A stretch of 64,000 bases of DNA from Myxococcota bacterium (GTDB taxonomy: Bacteria; Myxococcota_A; UBA9160; JAFDDA01), in the NCBI GenBank assembly GCA_965228475.1, contig OZ245817.1, forward strand, positions 1,248,001 through 1,312,000, in the 5' to 3' direction. The position numbers and the translations under genes were made by a program. The notes under the pieces were generated by a model. That model did not search any database. It saw only the letters and a program-made list of their open reading frames with translations, and had not been told where the DNA came from. Each line of letters begins with the position of its first letter. Within the stretch, counting starts at the first letter, position 1. This document shows positions 1-9,407 of this stretch, in pieces.

Positions 1-305
1 GCCGCCGGGTTGAAGGCGACGAGCACGTCCGGCTGGTCGGCCGGGGTGCGAACGTCGCGCGAGGAGAAATGGATCTGGAAGCCCGAGACGCCTGCGAGGG
101 TGCCGGCGGGCGCGCGGATCTCCGCGGGGAAATCGGGGAAGGTCGAGAGGTCGTTGCCGGCGAGCGCGGTGGCTTCGGTGAACTTCGAGCCCGTGAGCTG
201 CATGCCGTCGCCGGAATCGCCGGTAAAGCGGATGGCGACGCGGTCGACTTCTTCGACCGTCTTCCGAGGAGCCGTCTCTCCGACTTCTTCGGTCTGGTTG
301 GCCAC
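1..305 (-). CDS. korA: 2-oxoacid:ferredoxin oxidoreductase alpha subunit (5' part, runs off the window)
   Basis: Own translation from GTG at 305: [39 protein letters not shown]...[26 protein letters not shown]...[10 protein letters not shown], the typical OFOR alpha N-terminus; absent from the ORF track because it is truncated. Confidence 0.9.
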   Translation of the reverse strand, partial: MANQTEEVGETAPRKTVEEVDRVAIRFTGDSGDGMQLTGSKFTEATALAGNDLSTFPDFPAEIRAPAGTLAGVSGFQIHFSSRDVRTPADQPDVLVAFNPA

Positions 306-496
306 CGAGGCTCGGCTCCCAAGGGCGCGGTGAGCGGATCCGAATTCGCGTTCGATTGTATCGGTCCCACCCGAGAGCGAAAGCCTACGGCGGCCCAAAA
401 CTGCGCGTACGCTGCGGCCCGGGCGCACGCGGGCCCGTCCGGCGGAAACCCTCCCGGGGCGCCGGGTTCCCGGGCCCGGCTGCGGTGCCGGTGCGC

Positions 497-524
497 TCAA
501 GTGGGGCCCGGGCTGGGCCGATAC
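497..524 (+). promoter_or_regulatory. sigma28/FliA-like promoter motif
   Basis: TCAAG-N15-GCCGATAC, followed 7 nt later by ATG 532. Confidence 0.6.
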
Positions 525-531
525 CCGGAGC

Positions 532-1197
532 ATGTTCGTCCCGCTGGAAGAGGCCCGCTGGCCGGAGGCCGGCGAGGTGCGCGACCTGCGCATTTCGCTG
601 AACGCCCCGGTCTTGCTGGGGACGCGCTCGGCCGAGGCCGAAGCGCGGCCGCTCTCGGATCCGACCCGGGCGGCGCTCGGTTGGCTGCCCGCCGAGGGCG
701 AGGTCTCCCTCGTCCGGCTCTGGCTGCGAAGCGAATCCGGCGCGGAGGCCGTTCGGGCCTTCGAGTTCCGCCAGCGCCCGGTGGGCCCCGCGGCCCGGGC
801 CCGCGCGCTCGAGGCCGCCGAGAACTATCTGGCCGGCCTGGGCTTTCTCTTCCCCGACGCCGAGGCCGCCGCCGCGGCCGCGAAGCTCGACGCCGCCTTC
901 GTGCCGATCCGTCCGATGGGGGTCCCCGAGCGTCCGATGGGGGTCCCCGAGCCGCCGGCCGGCCCGCCCGCTGCCAACGCATCGCCGGCGCCCGGCACCG
1001 AGCCTCGCGCTCCCCGTCCCCCGGCCGCCTCGTCCCCCGACCGCCGGGCGATCCGCTCCGACGGACCGCTGGCCAAGTTTCGCGCCCGGCCCGGCGCCGA
1101 CGCCGCGCCCGGCCCGCGCCGCTCGCCACGCTTGCTGGACCGGCTTGCCCGGTCCCTCGGTTTCAAGTCCGCCGACCCTGGAGGAGTCCAATCATGA
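532..1197 (+). CDS. hypothetical protein with Pro/Ala-rich C-terminal half
   Basis: 221-aa ORF whose stop overlaps the next ATG (ATGA); contains a 21-bp tandem duplication at 910-951. Confidence 0.65.
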   Translation: MFVPLEEARWPEAGEVRDLRISLNAPVLLGTRSAEAEARPLSDPTRAALGWLPAEGEVSLVRLWLRSESGAEAVRAFEFRQRPVGPAARARALEAAENYLAGLGFLFPDAEAAAAAAKLDAAFVPIRPMGVPERPMGVPEPPAGPPAANASPAPGTEPRAPRPPAASSPDRRAIRSDGPLAKFRARPGADAAPGPRRSPRLLDRLARSLGFKSADPGGVQS

Positions 1198-2048
1198 CGT
1201 TCCGTCCCTGCACCGCTGCGCCCGGCCTCGGCACTTCGACCCGCCTCGCCCTGGTGGCCCTCGCCCTGGTCCTGGCCGGCGGCTGCGCGTCGACGCCCCC
1301 GCCCCCGCCCCCGCAGCCGGCGGCGCGCGCCAACGTCGACCCGGACGACCTCTCGGCCTGGGAGCGGGAGACCCGCAGCCGCGCCCACTACGACCTCGGC
1401 GTCGACCACCTGACGAAGGGCCAGACGGCCCTCGCCCTGCGCGAGTTCCTCTCGTCGCTCGAGTACAGCCCGGACGACCCGTGGATCCACCTGGGGCTCG
1501 GCGAGTGCTACCGCCGCAAGAGCATCTACGACAAGGCCGAGTTCCATCTGCTGCGCGCGATCGAGATGAAGTCGCACTTCCAGACCGCCCAGCTGAACCT
1601 CTCGGCGCTCTACATCCACATGGAGCGCTACGAGGAAGCGGCGGAGTGGAGCGAGAAGCTGATCGAGGATCCCACGTACCCGGCACCCTGGCGCGCCTAC
1701 AACAACCTCGGTTGGGCGATGCTGCGCTCCGGCCAGGTCGAGGAGGGCCGCCAGGCCCTCGAGACGGCGCTCGAGTACGACGACGGCTTCTGGCCGGCTC
1801 ACCTGAATCTTGGCATCCTCGAAAGCGAGGCGGGCCGGAAGCGGGAAGCCATCGAGCACTTCGAGAAGGTGCTCGAGCGCAACTCCGGGCCCTTTGCACA
1901 GGCTGAGGCGCGCTATCGCATGGGCGAGGTGTTCGTTGCACTCGGGAATCGCGACCGGGCGCTCGAGCACTTCACCAAGGCGGCCGACAGCCCGGCGGGT
2001 GGGCAGTGGGGCAAGAAATCGCAGGACTACCTGAAGCTGCTGCAGTAG
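1194..2048 (+). CDS. TPR lipoprotein, type IV pilus pilotin Tgl/PilF/PilW-like
   Basis: Lipobox LAGGC; TPR motifs (AHYDLGV, AQLNLSALY, PTYPAPWRAYNNLGW); precedes a rodZ-like gene and recO. Confidence 0.8.
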   Translation: MTFRPCTAAPGLGTSTRLALVALALVLAGGCASTPPPPPPQPAARANVDPDDLSAWERETRSRAHYDLGVDHLTKGQTALALREFLSSLEYSPDDPWIHLGLGECYRRKSIYDKAEFHLLRAIEMKSHFQTAQLNLSALYIHMERYEEAAEWSEKLIEDPTYPAPWRAYNNLGWAMLRSGQVEEGRQALETALEYDDGFWPAHLNLGILESEAGRKREAIEHFEKVLERNSGPFAQAEARYRMGEVFVALGNRDRALEHFTKAADSPAGGQWGKKSQDYLKLLQ

Positions 2049-2554
2049 GCGTCGCGGCCGGGCACGAGCCCGAGCCGATCGGTGCCTATCTTTCGCGGCA
2101 GCGGCGTCTGCGCGGGATCTCCCTGGACGAGCTCGCGGGCGTGACGTGCATTCCCCTGCGCTCCCTCGAACGGCTCGAGTCCGGCGCCTTCGACGAGACG
2201 CCGGACGGCTTCGCCCGCGGCTTCGTGCGCACCGTCGCCCTGGCGCTCGGGCTCGACCCCGACGAGACCGTCAGCCGGATGCTGCCCGAGGTGACGCCCG
2301 GGATGCGTCGGCCGGGCATGCCGCTACCGGCGCCCGGCCATCCTCTGGCCTTTCTCGTCGGAGGCCTGCTGCTCCTGGCGCTCGCCGGGATCGGCTTCGT
2401 CGAATGGCGCGCCCCGGCGGCGACGCCCGAGGATCTCGAGGGCCAGTACGTCTACCGGCGTGACGCGATCCGGGAGCTCGCGCGCGAGAGCGCGGCCCCC
2501 CGGGCGGACGCTCTCGCCCCGGCCGATGAGGTTCTCGCCCCGACGGCTCCCTGA
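2006..2554 (+). CDS. RodZ-like HTH membrane protein (short, no large periplasmic domain)
   Basis: IGAYLSRQRRLRGISLDELA...LERLESG...FARGFVRTVALALGLD HTH motif plus one TM helix; start uncertain. Confidence 0.75.
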   Translation: MGQEIAGLPEAAAVGVAAGHEPEPIGAYLSRQRRLRGISLDELAGVTCIPLRSLERLESGAFDETPDGFARGFVRTVALALGLDPDETVSRMLPEVTPGMRRPGMPLPAPGHPLAFLVGGLLLLALAGIGFVEWRAPAATPEDLEGQYVYRRDAIRELARESAAPRADALAPADEVLAPTAP

Positions 2555-2578
2555 CCCGACGAGGGCTAACCTCCCGCC

Positions 2579-3346
2579 ATGCGAACCTACCGCTGCGAGG
2601 CCTTGATCCTGCGGGCGGTCGATTTCGGGGAGTCGGACAAGATCGTCCACCTGCTGACGCCCGAGACGGGCCGCATCACCGCGATCGCGAAGGGCGCCAA
2701 GCGCAGCGTGAAGCGCTTCGGGGGCACCCTCGACTTCTTCAACCTGCTGAAGATCCAGATGGTGCAGCGCCGGGCCCACCAGATGGCGCGGCTCGAACAG
2801 ACGCGGCTCCTCCACACCTACGACGGCCTCCGCACGAAGCCGCGCTCCTTCGCCCTCGGCTGCTACCTGCTCGAGCTGCTCGACCGCCTGGCGCCCCAGG
2901 GTGGGGCGCCCGCGGACCTCGCGCGGCTCTTCCGCTTCGCCCGGACGGCGCTGGCGACTCTCGAGGCGGGGGACCCGGACCCGCGCCTGCGCACCTGGAT
3001 CGAACTCTGTGCCCTCGACGCCCTCGGTCTCCGGCCCGAGCTGCGGCGCTGCGTGCGCTGCGGGAAGGAGGCCTCGGGGCCGCGGGTCGGCTTCTCCGTT
3101 CCGGACGGCGGGCCGGTCTGCACCGGATGCGCTCCAACGGCGGGGGACCTCCTCCCGGTCCACCTCGGCACGCTGCGCGCCCTCGAGCAGGGCCTCCGCC
3201 TCGGTCTCGGCCGGGCGGGCCGTCTGGCCCTCCAGCCCGAGGCCCTCGAGGAGGCGCGCCGCCTGCTCGGCCGCTTCGAGCGCTTCCACGTGGGCGTGGA
3301 ACTCCGCAGCCAGCGCTTCCTCGAGCAGCTGATGGTCCGGGCTTGA
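2579..3346 (+). CDS. recO: DNA repair protein RecO
   Basis: ALILRAVDFGESDKIVHLLT...GRITAIAKGAKRS; CxxC/CxxC zinc motif. Confidence 0.95.
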   Translation: MRTYRCEALILRAVDFGESDKIVHLLTPETGRITAIAKGAKRSVKRFGGTLDFFNLLKIQMVQRRAHQMARLEQTRLLHTYDGLRTKPRSFALGCYLLELLDRLAPQGGAPADLARLFRFARTALATLEAGDPDPRLRTWIELCALDALGLRPELRRCVRCGKEASGPRVGFSVPDGGPVCTGCAPTAGDLLPVHLGTLRALEQGLRLGLGRAGRLALQPEALEEARRLLGRFERFHVGVELRSQRFLEQLMVRA

Positions 3347-3348
3347 CG

Positions 3349-3380
3349 GAACAGATTGACTAGATCTGTCTCATCTGTTC
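3349..3380. promoter_or_regulatory. candidate TetR operator (imperfect palindrome)
   Basis: AT-rich GAACAGAT-N16-ATCTGTTC centred on AGATCT, next to TTGAC boxes immediately upstream of the TetR gene. Confidence 0.55.
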
Positions 3381-3390
3381 TGATTCGGGC

Positions 3391-3963
3391 ATGGAAGCCA
3401 CTCCCGAGAATCCCCGCGATCGGACCCGCCTGAAGATCCTGGCCGGCGCTGCGGACGCGGTTGCCCGCCACGGCCTCGCGAAGCTCGACATGGGCGACGT
3501 CTCGGCGAGCGCCGGGGTCTCGCGGGGAACGGTCTACCGCTACTTCGAGGGGCGGGACGCCCTGCTCGACGCCCTCGCCATCCACGAGGCGCTCCAGTTC
3601 TGGAAGGGGTGCCTCGACGCCCTCGGCGAGGCCTCCGACGAACGGCGGGTCGAGATCCTCGTCCTCCAGGCGACGCGTCAGGTTCACGAACACGCGGCCC
3701 TGCGCCGGATCCTCGAGACCGACCCGGGCCTCGTGCTCTCGGCCCTGCGCGCCCAGTTCCCGCGCATCCGCGGACAGCTCGGGCGGCTCCTCGCGCCGCA
3801 GCTCCGCGCGTCTTCCTGGGTGGGGGAGGGCGTCGTGCGCGAGGAGGAGCTCGCCGACTGGATCACGCGCTTGATGATCTCGGCCTTCCTGATCCCGCCC
3901 GAGGCGCCCGACGCGCTCGCGCGAGGGCTCGGTGCGGTGTTGCGCCCGGAGGCCCGGCGGTGA
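3391..3963 (+). CDS. TetR/AcrR family regulator
   Basis: N-terminal HTH MGDVSASAGVSRGTVYRYF. Confidence 0.9.
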   Translation: MEATPENPRDRTRLKILAGAADAVARHGLAKLDMGDVSASAGVSRGTVYRYFEGRDALLDALAIHEALQFWKGCLDALGEASDERRVEILVLQATRQVHEHAALRRILETDPGLVLSALRAQFPRIRGQLGRLLAPQLRASSWVGEGVVREEELADWITRLMISAFLIPPEAPDALARGLGAVLRPEARR

Positions 3964-4889
3964 GCGAACGCTTCCCGTTTCCGCTGCCGAACGGCTGGTT
4001 CCACGTCGCCTTCTCCGACGAACTCGCGCCCGGCGAGCTGCGCACCGTCCACTACTTCGGGCAGGACCTCGTGCTCTTCCGCACCGAGGCGGGGGAGGCC
4101 CATGCCCTCGACCCGTACTGTCCGCACCTCGGCGCGCACCTCGGCGTCGGGGGCCGGGTCGTCGGGGAGCACCTGCGCTGCCCCTTCCACGCCTGGGAGT
4201 TCGGCGGCGACGGCGTCTGCCGCCGCGTGCCCTACGCGAAGAAGATCCCGCCCAAGGCGAAGGTCCGCGCCTGGCCGCTGCTCGAGCGCAACGGGATGCT
4301 CTTCGTCCACTTCCACAAGGAGGGCGAGGCACCGGCCTGGGAGCCGCCCGAGGTGCCGGAGTACGCCTCGGAGGAATGGACGGACTACTGGCGCCGCGAC
4401 TGGGAGGTCGCGAGCTGCGCCCAGGAGATGGCCGAGAACAGCGTCGACCCCGCCCACTTCAAATACGTCCACCGCACGGCCGAGCTGCCCGAAGCCACCG
4501 CCCGGAGCGAGGGGCCCGTCTTCCGCGTCGACATGGGATATCCGATCCAGATGGGCGCGGAGCTCCAGCAGGGCCGCATCGAGATCAACTGTTTCGGCTT
4601 CGGCGTGGGGGTCACGCGCTTCCGGGGAATCGTCGACACGACCGTCATCGCGACGGGCACGCCCATCGACCGCGAGCGCATGCACCACCGGCTGTCCTTC
4701 ATGGTGAAGAAGCTCGACTCCGAGGAGGCGACCCAGGGCCTCGGCCAGGCCTTCATTGCGGAGATCACTCGCCAGTTCGAAGAGGACAAGCCGATCTGGG
4801 AGGCGAAGGCGCACCTTGCGCGGCCGGCGCTCTGCGATGGGGATGGGCCGATCGGGGAGCTGCGGCGGTGGGGGCGGCAGTTCTATTAG
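3960..4889 (+). CDS. Rieske non-heme iron oxygenase, KshA/cholesterol 7-desaturase-like
   Basis: CPHLGAH...CPFHAW Rieske motif, ENSVDPAHFKYVH iron site, C-terminal DKPIWEAK...LCDGDGPI...RRW..QFY; GTGA overlap with TetR. Confidence 0.88.
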   Translation: MSERFPFPLPNGWFHVAFSDELAPGELRTVHYFGQDLVLFRTEAGEAHALDPYCPHLGAHLGVGGRVVGEHLRCPFHAWEFGGDGVCRRVPYAKKIPPKAKVRAWPLLERNGMLFVHFHKEGEAPAWEPPEVPEYASEEWTDYWRRDWEVASCAQEMAENSVDPAHFKYVHRTAELPEATARSEGPVFRVDMGYPIQMGAELQQGRIEINCFGFGVGVTRFRGIVDTTVIATGTPIDRERMHHRLSFMVKKLDSEEATQGLGQAFIAEITRQFEEDKPIWEAKAHLARPALCDGDGPIGELRRWGRQFY

Positions 4890-4906
4890 AGGGGATCGAG
4901 GCCGGG

Positions 4907-5001
4907 GGACCGAGGGAGGGTCTGCCGGACCCGCCGGGGGACGGCTCGTCGGTGCGGAACAGCGGAGAGTCGGGACGGTCCGGCAGACCCTCCCTCGGTC
5001 C
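4907..5001. repeat. palindromic repeat copy 1 (25-bp perfect arms, 45-nt spacer)
   Basis: GGACCGAGGGAGGGTCTGCCGGACC at 4907-4931 and its reverse complement at 4977-5001. Confidence 0.9.
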
Positions 5002-5073
5002 ACCGGACGTTACGCTCCGCCCATCTTCCGAACGTTCTCAACAGGCGGCGACGGGCCAACTCCGCGCGACGAA

Positions 5074-5176
5074 CCGCGGTCGGAGGGAGGCCCTGCCGGA
5101 CCGTCCCGACTCTCCGACGCCACGCACCACCGACCCGCCCCCCGGCGGGTCCGGCAGGGCCTCCCTCCGACCGCGG
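5074..5176. repeat. palindromic repeat copy 2 (29-bp perfect arms, 45-nt spacer), inverted relative to copy 1
   Basis: CCGCGGTCGGAGGGAGGCCCTGCCGGACC at 5074-5102 and reverse complement at 5148-5176; spacer resembles the reverse complement of the copy 1 spacer. Confidence 0.9.
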
Positions 5177-5244
5177 GCCTCCACGTGTTGACAGCCCCGA
5201 CGCCCCCGCCGATCCTCCCGCTCTCCTGGAGCCGTGAAACCGAA

Positions 5245-6573
5245 ATGACGAGTGATTCCGAGACCCCGACGCGATCCCTGCGGATGGAGGACCTGGTCGC
5301 CCTGTGCGCCCGGCGTGGCTTCATCTTTCCCTCGAGCGAGATCTACGGCGGCATCAACGGCTTCTGGGACTACGGGCCCCTCGGCACCGAGCTCAAGAAC
5401 AACCTGAAGGCGGCCTGGTGGCAGCGCGTCGTGCGCGAGCGCGACGACGTCGAGGGCATCGACAGCTCGATCATCTGCCACCCGCGGACCTGGGAAGCCT
5501 CGGGCCACGTCGAACACTTCAGCGACCCGATGGTCGACTGCAAGGCCTGCAAGAAGCGCTTCCGCGCGGATCAGCTCGACGGCATCGGGAAGTGCAGCGA
5601 AGGCGGCGAACACGACTTCACCGAGGCGCGCAACTTCAACCTCATGCTGAAGACCTTCATCGGCGCATCGGAGGAAGCTGCGTCGACGGCCTACCTGCGG
5701 GCCGAGACCTGCCAGTCGATCTTCACGGACTTCAAGCGGGTGCGGGAAGTCGCGCGGCAGAAGCTGCCCTTCGGGATCGCGCAGATCGGCAAGGCCTTCC
5801 GCAACGAGATCAACCCGCGCAACTTCACCTTCCGCTCGCGCGAGTTCGAGCAGGCGGAGCTGGAGTTCTTCGTCGCGCCGGCGGAGCGCGAGAAGTGGTT
5901 CCAGTACTGGCTCGATGCGCGCTTCGCCTTCCACAAGGAGATCGGCCTCTCGCCGGAGCACCTCCGGCTGCGCGATCACGAGCCCGACGAGCTCGCCCAC
6001 TACGCGAACGCGGCCGCCGACGTCGAGTACCTCTTCCCCTTCGGCTGGCAGGAGATCGAGGGCGTCCACGACCGCGGCGATTGGGACCTCTCGCGCCACA
6101 CCGAGTACGCGGGCAAGGATCTCTCCTACACGGACGAGCAGAGCAAGGAGCGCTTCACGCCCATGGTCGTCGAGACCTCGGTCGGCATGGACAGGACGAC
6201 CCTGGCCCTGCTCTGTGACGCCTACGAAGAGGAGACGCTCGAGGGCGGCGACACCCGCACGGTGATGCGCTTCTCGCCGGCCCTCGCGCCGCAGAAGGCC
6301 GCCGTCCTCCCGCTCTCGAAGAAGCTGGCCGAGCCGGCCCAGAAGCTCGCCGCCGACCTGCGCAAGCGCTGGAACGTCTCCTACGACCAGGCCGGGAACA
6401 TCGGCCGACGCTACCGGCGGCAGGACGAGGCGGGGACGCCCTTCTGCGTCACCTACGATTTCGAGTCCGTCGACGACGGCCAGGTCACCGTGCGCGAGCG
6501 CGACTCCATGAACCAGGAGCGGATCGCGATCGAGGGCGTTGCGGCCTGGCTTCGCGATCGCATCGAGCCCTGA
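5245..6573 (+). CDS. glyQS: glycine--tRNA ligase, homodimeric (alpha2) type
   Basis: RRGFIFPSSEIYGG..GFWDYGPLG, YLRAETCQ, QIGKAFRNEI..RNFTFRSREFEQ, IGRRYRRQDEAGTPF. Confidence 0.95.
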   Translation: MTSDSETPTRSLRMEDLVALCARRGFIFPSSEIYGGINGFWDYGPLGTELKNNLKAAWWQRVVRERDDVEGIDSSIICHPRTWEASGHVEHFSDPMVDCKACKKRFRADQLDGIGKCSEGGEHDFTEARNFNLMLKTFIGASEEAASTAYLRAETCQSIFTDFKRVREVARQKLPFGIAQIGKAFRNEINPRNFTFRSREFEQAELEFFVAPAEREKWFQYWLDARFAFHKEIGLSPEHLRLRDHEPDELAHYANAAADVEYLFPFGWQEIEGVHDRGDWDLSRHTEYAGKDLSYTDEQSKERFTPMVVETSVGMDRTTLALLCDAYEEETLEGGDTRTVMRFSPALAPQKAAVLPLSKKLAEPAQKLAADLRKRWNVSYDQAGNIGRRYRRQDEAGTPFCVTYDFESVDDGQVTVRERDSMNQERIAIEGVAAWLRDRIEP

Positions 6574-9407
6574 TGCCCACCCGGAAGAAAGCCGCGAAGA
6601 AGAAGTCCGCCCGCGGGAAGGCCTCGACGAAATCGAAGGCAAAGAAGAAGGCCAAGGTTTCCAAGAAGTCTGCGGGCCGCGCCGTCTTCTACTTCGGCGA
6701 CGGCAAGGCCGACGGCCGCGCCGAGATGCGGGAAACCCTCGGCGGCAAGGGCGCGAACCTCGCCGAGATGACCCTCCTCGGGGTTCCGGTCCCGCCGGGC
6801 TTCACGATCTCGACCGACGTCTGCGCGCGTTACAACGCCGGGGGCAAGCGGCTCCCGCGCGACGTCTGGGGCCAGGTCGAGAAGGCGCTCGCCCGCGTCG
6901 AGCGCTCGATGGGGGCCGGCTTCGGCGACCCGAAGAACCCGCTGCTCGTCTCGGTGCGCTCGGGCGCGCGCGCCTCGATGCCGGGGATGATGGACACGAT
7001 CCTGAACCTCGGCCTGAACCGGCAGACGGTGAAGGGCCTCGCCCGGGGCGCGGACGAGCGCTTCGCCTGGGACAGCTACCGGCGCTTCATCCAGATGTAC
7101 AGCGACGTCGTGCTCGGCGTCCCCCACGAGCGCTTCGAAGAGCACCTCGACGACCTGAAACGGGCCCGCAACGTGCGGCTCGATACGGAGCTCAGCGCCG
7201 AGGACCTGCGGGATCTCGTCGAGATCTATCTCGAGACCGTCGAGGCGCTCGCCGGCCGGAGCTTCCCCCAGGATCCGAACGCCCAGCTCCGGGGAGCCGT
7301 CGCCGCCGTCTTCGACTCCTGGCAGAACGAGCGCGCCCGCCGCTACCGCGCGATGAACGGCATCCCGGACGAGTGGGGCACCGCGGTGAACGTCCAGGCC
7401 ATGGTGTTCGGCAACATGGGCGACGACTGCGCGACGGGCGTGGCCTTCACGCGCAACCCCTCGACGGGCGAGCCCGTCTTCTACGGGGAGTGGCTGAAGA
7501 ACGCCCAGGGCGAGGACGTCGTGGCGGGCATCCGGACCCCCCAGCCGATCAACGACGACAACCGCTCCCCCGCGCAGAAAGGCCTCCCGACCCTCGAGGC
7601 GGAGATGCCCGCCCGCTATCGCGAGCTGGTCCGCATCTACCAGAAGCTCGAACGCCACTACCGCGACATGCAGGACATCGAGTTCACCATCCAGCGCGAG
7701 AAGCTCTGGATGCTGCAGACGCGCAGTGGCAAGCGCACGGCGCGCGCGGCGGTCCGGATCGCCGTCGACATGGCGAACCAGCGCCTGATCACGCGGGACG
7801 AGGCCCTGCAGCGGGTGGACGCCGGCGCCCTCGACCAGCTCCTGCACCCGACCCTCGACCCGGGGGCGGACCGCGACCTGCTCGCCAAGGGCCTCCCGGC
7901 GTCGCCGGGCGCGGCGACCGGCATCGTCGTCCTGACGGCCGACGAGGCGGAGCTGCGCGGAAAGGCCGGGCAGAAGGTGATCCTCGTCCGCACCGAGACG
8001 TCGCCGGACGACATCCACGGGATGGACGCCGCCGAAGGGATCCTCACCGCCCGGGGCGGCATGACCTCCCACGCGGCGGTCGTGGCCCGCGGGATGGGCC
8101 GCTCCTGCGTGGCAGGCTGCAGCGAGCTCCACATCGACCGCGCGAACGGGCGCCTGCGCATCGGCGGGCGGGACCTCGAGGAAGGCGACCCGCTCACCAT
8201 CGACGGCAGCACGGGTGAGGTCTTCGCCGGAACCGTCGCCACCGTCATGCCCGAGCTCGACGCCGAGTTCGAGACGCTCATGGGCTGGGCCGACCGGCGC
8301 CGCAAGCTCCACGTACGGACCAACGCCGACACGCCGAACGATGCGCGCGTGGCCCGCGAGTTCGGCGCCGAGGGCATCGGCCTCTGCCGTACCGAGCACA
8401 TGTTCTTCGAGGCGGACCGCATCATGGCGGTGCGCGAGATGATCCTCGCGAGCGACGCCGCGGAGCGGCGCGTCGCGCTCGCGAAGCTCCTGCCGATGCA
8501 GCGCGACGACTTCCGCGGAATCTTCGAGGCGATGGAGGGCCTCCCGGTCACGATCCGTCTGCTCGACCCGCCGCTCCACGAGTTCCTGCCCCACGCGGAG
8601 GACGAGGTCGCCGAAGTCGCGCGTGCGCTCGGCCGCAGCGCCGCCGAGATCCGCGGACGCATCGACGGTTTGAAGGAGTTCAACCCGATGCTCGGACACC
8701 GGGGCTGCCGCCTCGGCGTGACCTTCCCCGAGATCTACCGCATGCAGGTGCGGGCCATCGCCGAGGCCGCTGCGGACGCCGTGGCCGGGGGGACCAAGGT
8801 CCGGCCGGAGCTGATGATCCCGCTCGTGTCCCACGTCGGCGAGCTCGAGCGGCTGCGGGCGCTCTGCAAGGACGAGATCAAGGCGGTCCAGTCCGAGCGG
8901 GGGGTCCGCTTCCCGTCCGCGATCGGCACGATGATCGAGGTGCCGCGCGCCTCCCTCGTGGCGGACACGATCGCCCACCACGCGGACTTCTTCTCCTTCG
9001 GCACGAACGACCTGACGCAGATGACCTACGCGCTCTCGCGCGACGACGCGGGCAAGTTCCTCACGGAGTACATCGAGCGGGGCATCCTCGACCACGACCC
9101 CTTCGTCTCGATCGACGAGGAGGGCATCGGCGAGCTCATCCGGATCGGCGTCGAGAAGGGGCGGGCGACCCGCCCGGACCTCAAGGTCGGCATCTGCGGC
9201 GAGCACGGCGGCGACGCGCGCAGCGTCGCGTTCTGCTCGCGGATCGGGCTCGACTACGCATCGTGCTCTCCCTACCGTGTGCCCGTGGCCCGGCTCGCTG
9301 CGGCCCAGGCCGCCATCGAAGAGACCGCCGGGCCGGCCGTCCGGAAGAAGCCCCGCGCGAAGAAGTGCGCCGGGAAGAAGAGCGGGAAGGGGAAAGCCAA
9401 GCGATGA
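6573..9407 (+). CDS. ppdK: pyruvate, phosphate dikinase with Lys-rich terminal tails
   Basis: LGGKGANLAEM, PLLVSVRSGARASMPGMMDT, GGMTSHAAVVARG, GLCRTEHMF, GICGEHGG. Confidence 0.97.
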   Translation: MPTRKKAAKKKSARGKASTKSKAKKKAKVSKKSAGRAVFYFGDGKADGRAEMRETLGGKGANLAEMTLLGVPVPPGFTISTDVCARYNAGGKRLPRDVWGQVEKALARVERSMGAGFGDPKNPLLVSVRSGARASMPGMMDTILNLGLNRQTVKGLARGADERFAWDSYRRFIQMYSDVVLGVPHERFEEHLDDLKRARNVRLDTELSAEDLRDLVEIYLETVEALAGRSFPQDPNAQLRGAVAAVFDSWQNERARRYRAMNGIPDEWGTAVNVQAMVFGNMGDDCATGVAFTRNPSTGEPVFYGEWLKNAQGEDVVAGIRTPQPINDDNRSPAQKGLPTLEAEMPARYRELVRIYQKLERHYRDMQDIEFTIQREKLWMLQTRSGKRTARAAVRIAVDMANQRLITRDEALQRVDAGALDQLLHPTLDPGADRDLLAKGLPASPGAATGIVVLTADEAELRGKAGQKVILVRTETSPDDIHGMDAAEGILTARGGMTSHAAVVARGMGRSCVAGCSELHIDRANGRLRIGGRDLEEGDPLTIDGSTGEVFAGTVATVMPELDAEFETLMGWADRRRKLHVRTNADTPNDARVAREFGAEGIGLCRTEHMFFEADRIMAVREMILASDAAERRVALAKLLPMQRDDFRGIFEAMEGLPVTIRLLDPPLHEFLPHAEDEVAEVARALGRSAAEIRGRIDGLKEFNPMLGHRGCRLGVTFPEIYRMQVRAIAEAAADAVAGGTKVRPELMIPLVSHVGELERLRALCKDEIKAVQSERGVRFPSAIGTMIEVPRASLVADTIAHHADFFSFGTNDLTQMTYALSRDDAGKFLTEYIERGILDHDPFVSIDEEGIGELIRIGVEKGRATRPDLKVGICGEHGGDARSVAFCSRIGLDYASCSPYRVPVARLAAAQAAIEETAGPAVRKKPRAKKCAGKKSGKGKAKR

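Noticed and set aside
69..1193. N-terminal 375 aa of the 659-aa ORF 69..2048, and similar upstream extensions of ORFs 21260, 22627, 46598, 35309 and 32272
   Set aside because: Real starts are internal, shown by signal peptides, SD sites or stop/start overlaps; the extensions overlap other genes
4907..5176. Possible CRISPR array
   Set aside because: The repeats are inverted rather than direct, the spacers are related to each other, and there are no cas genes
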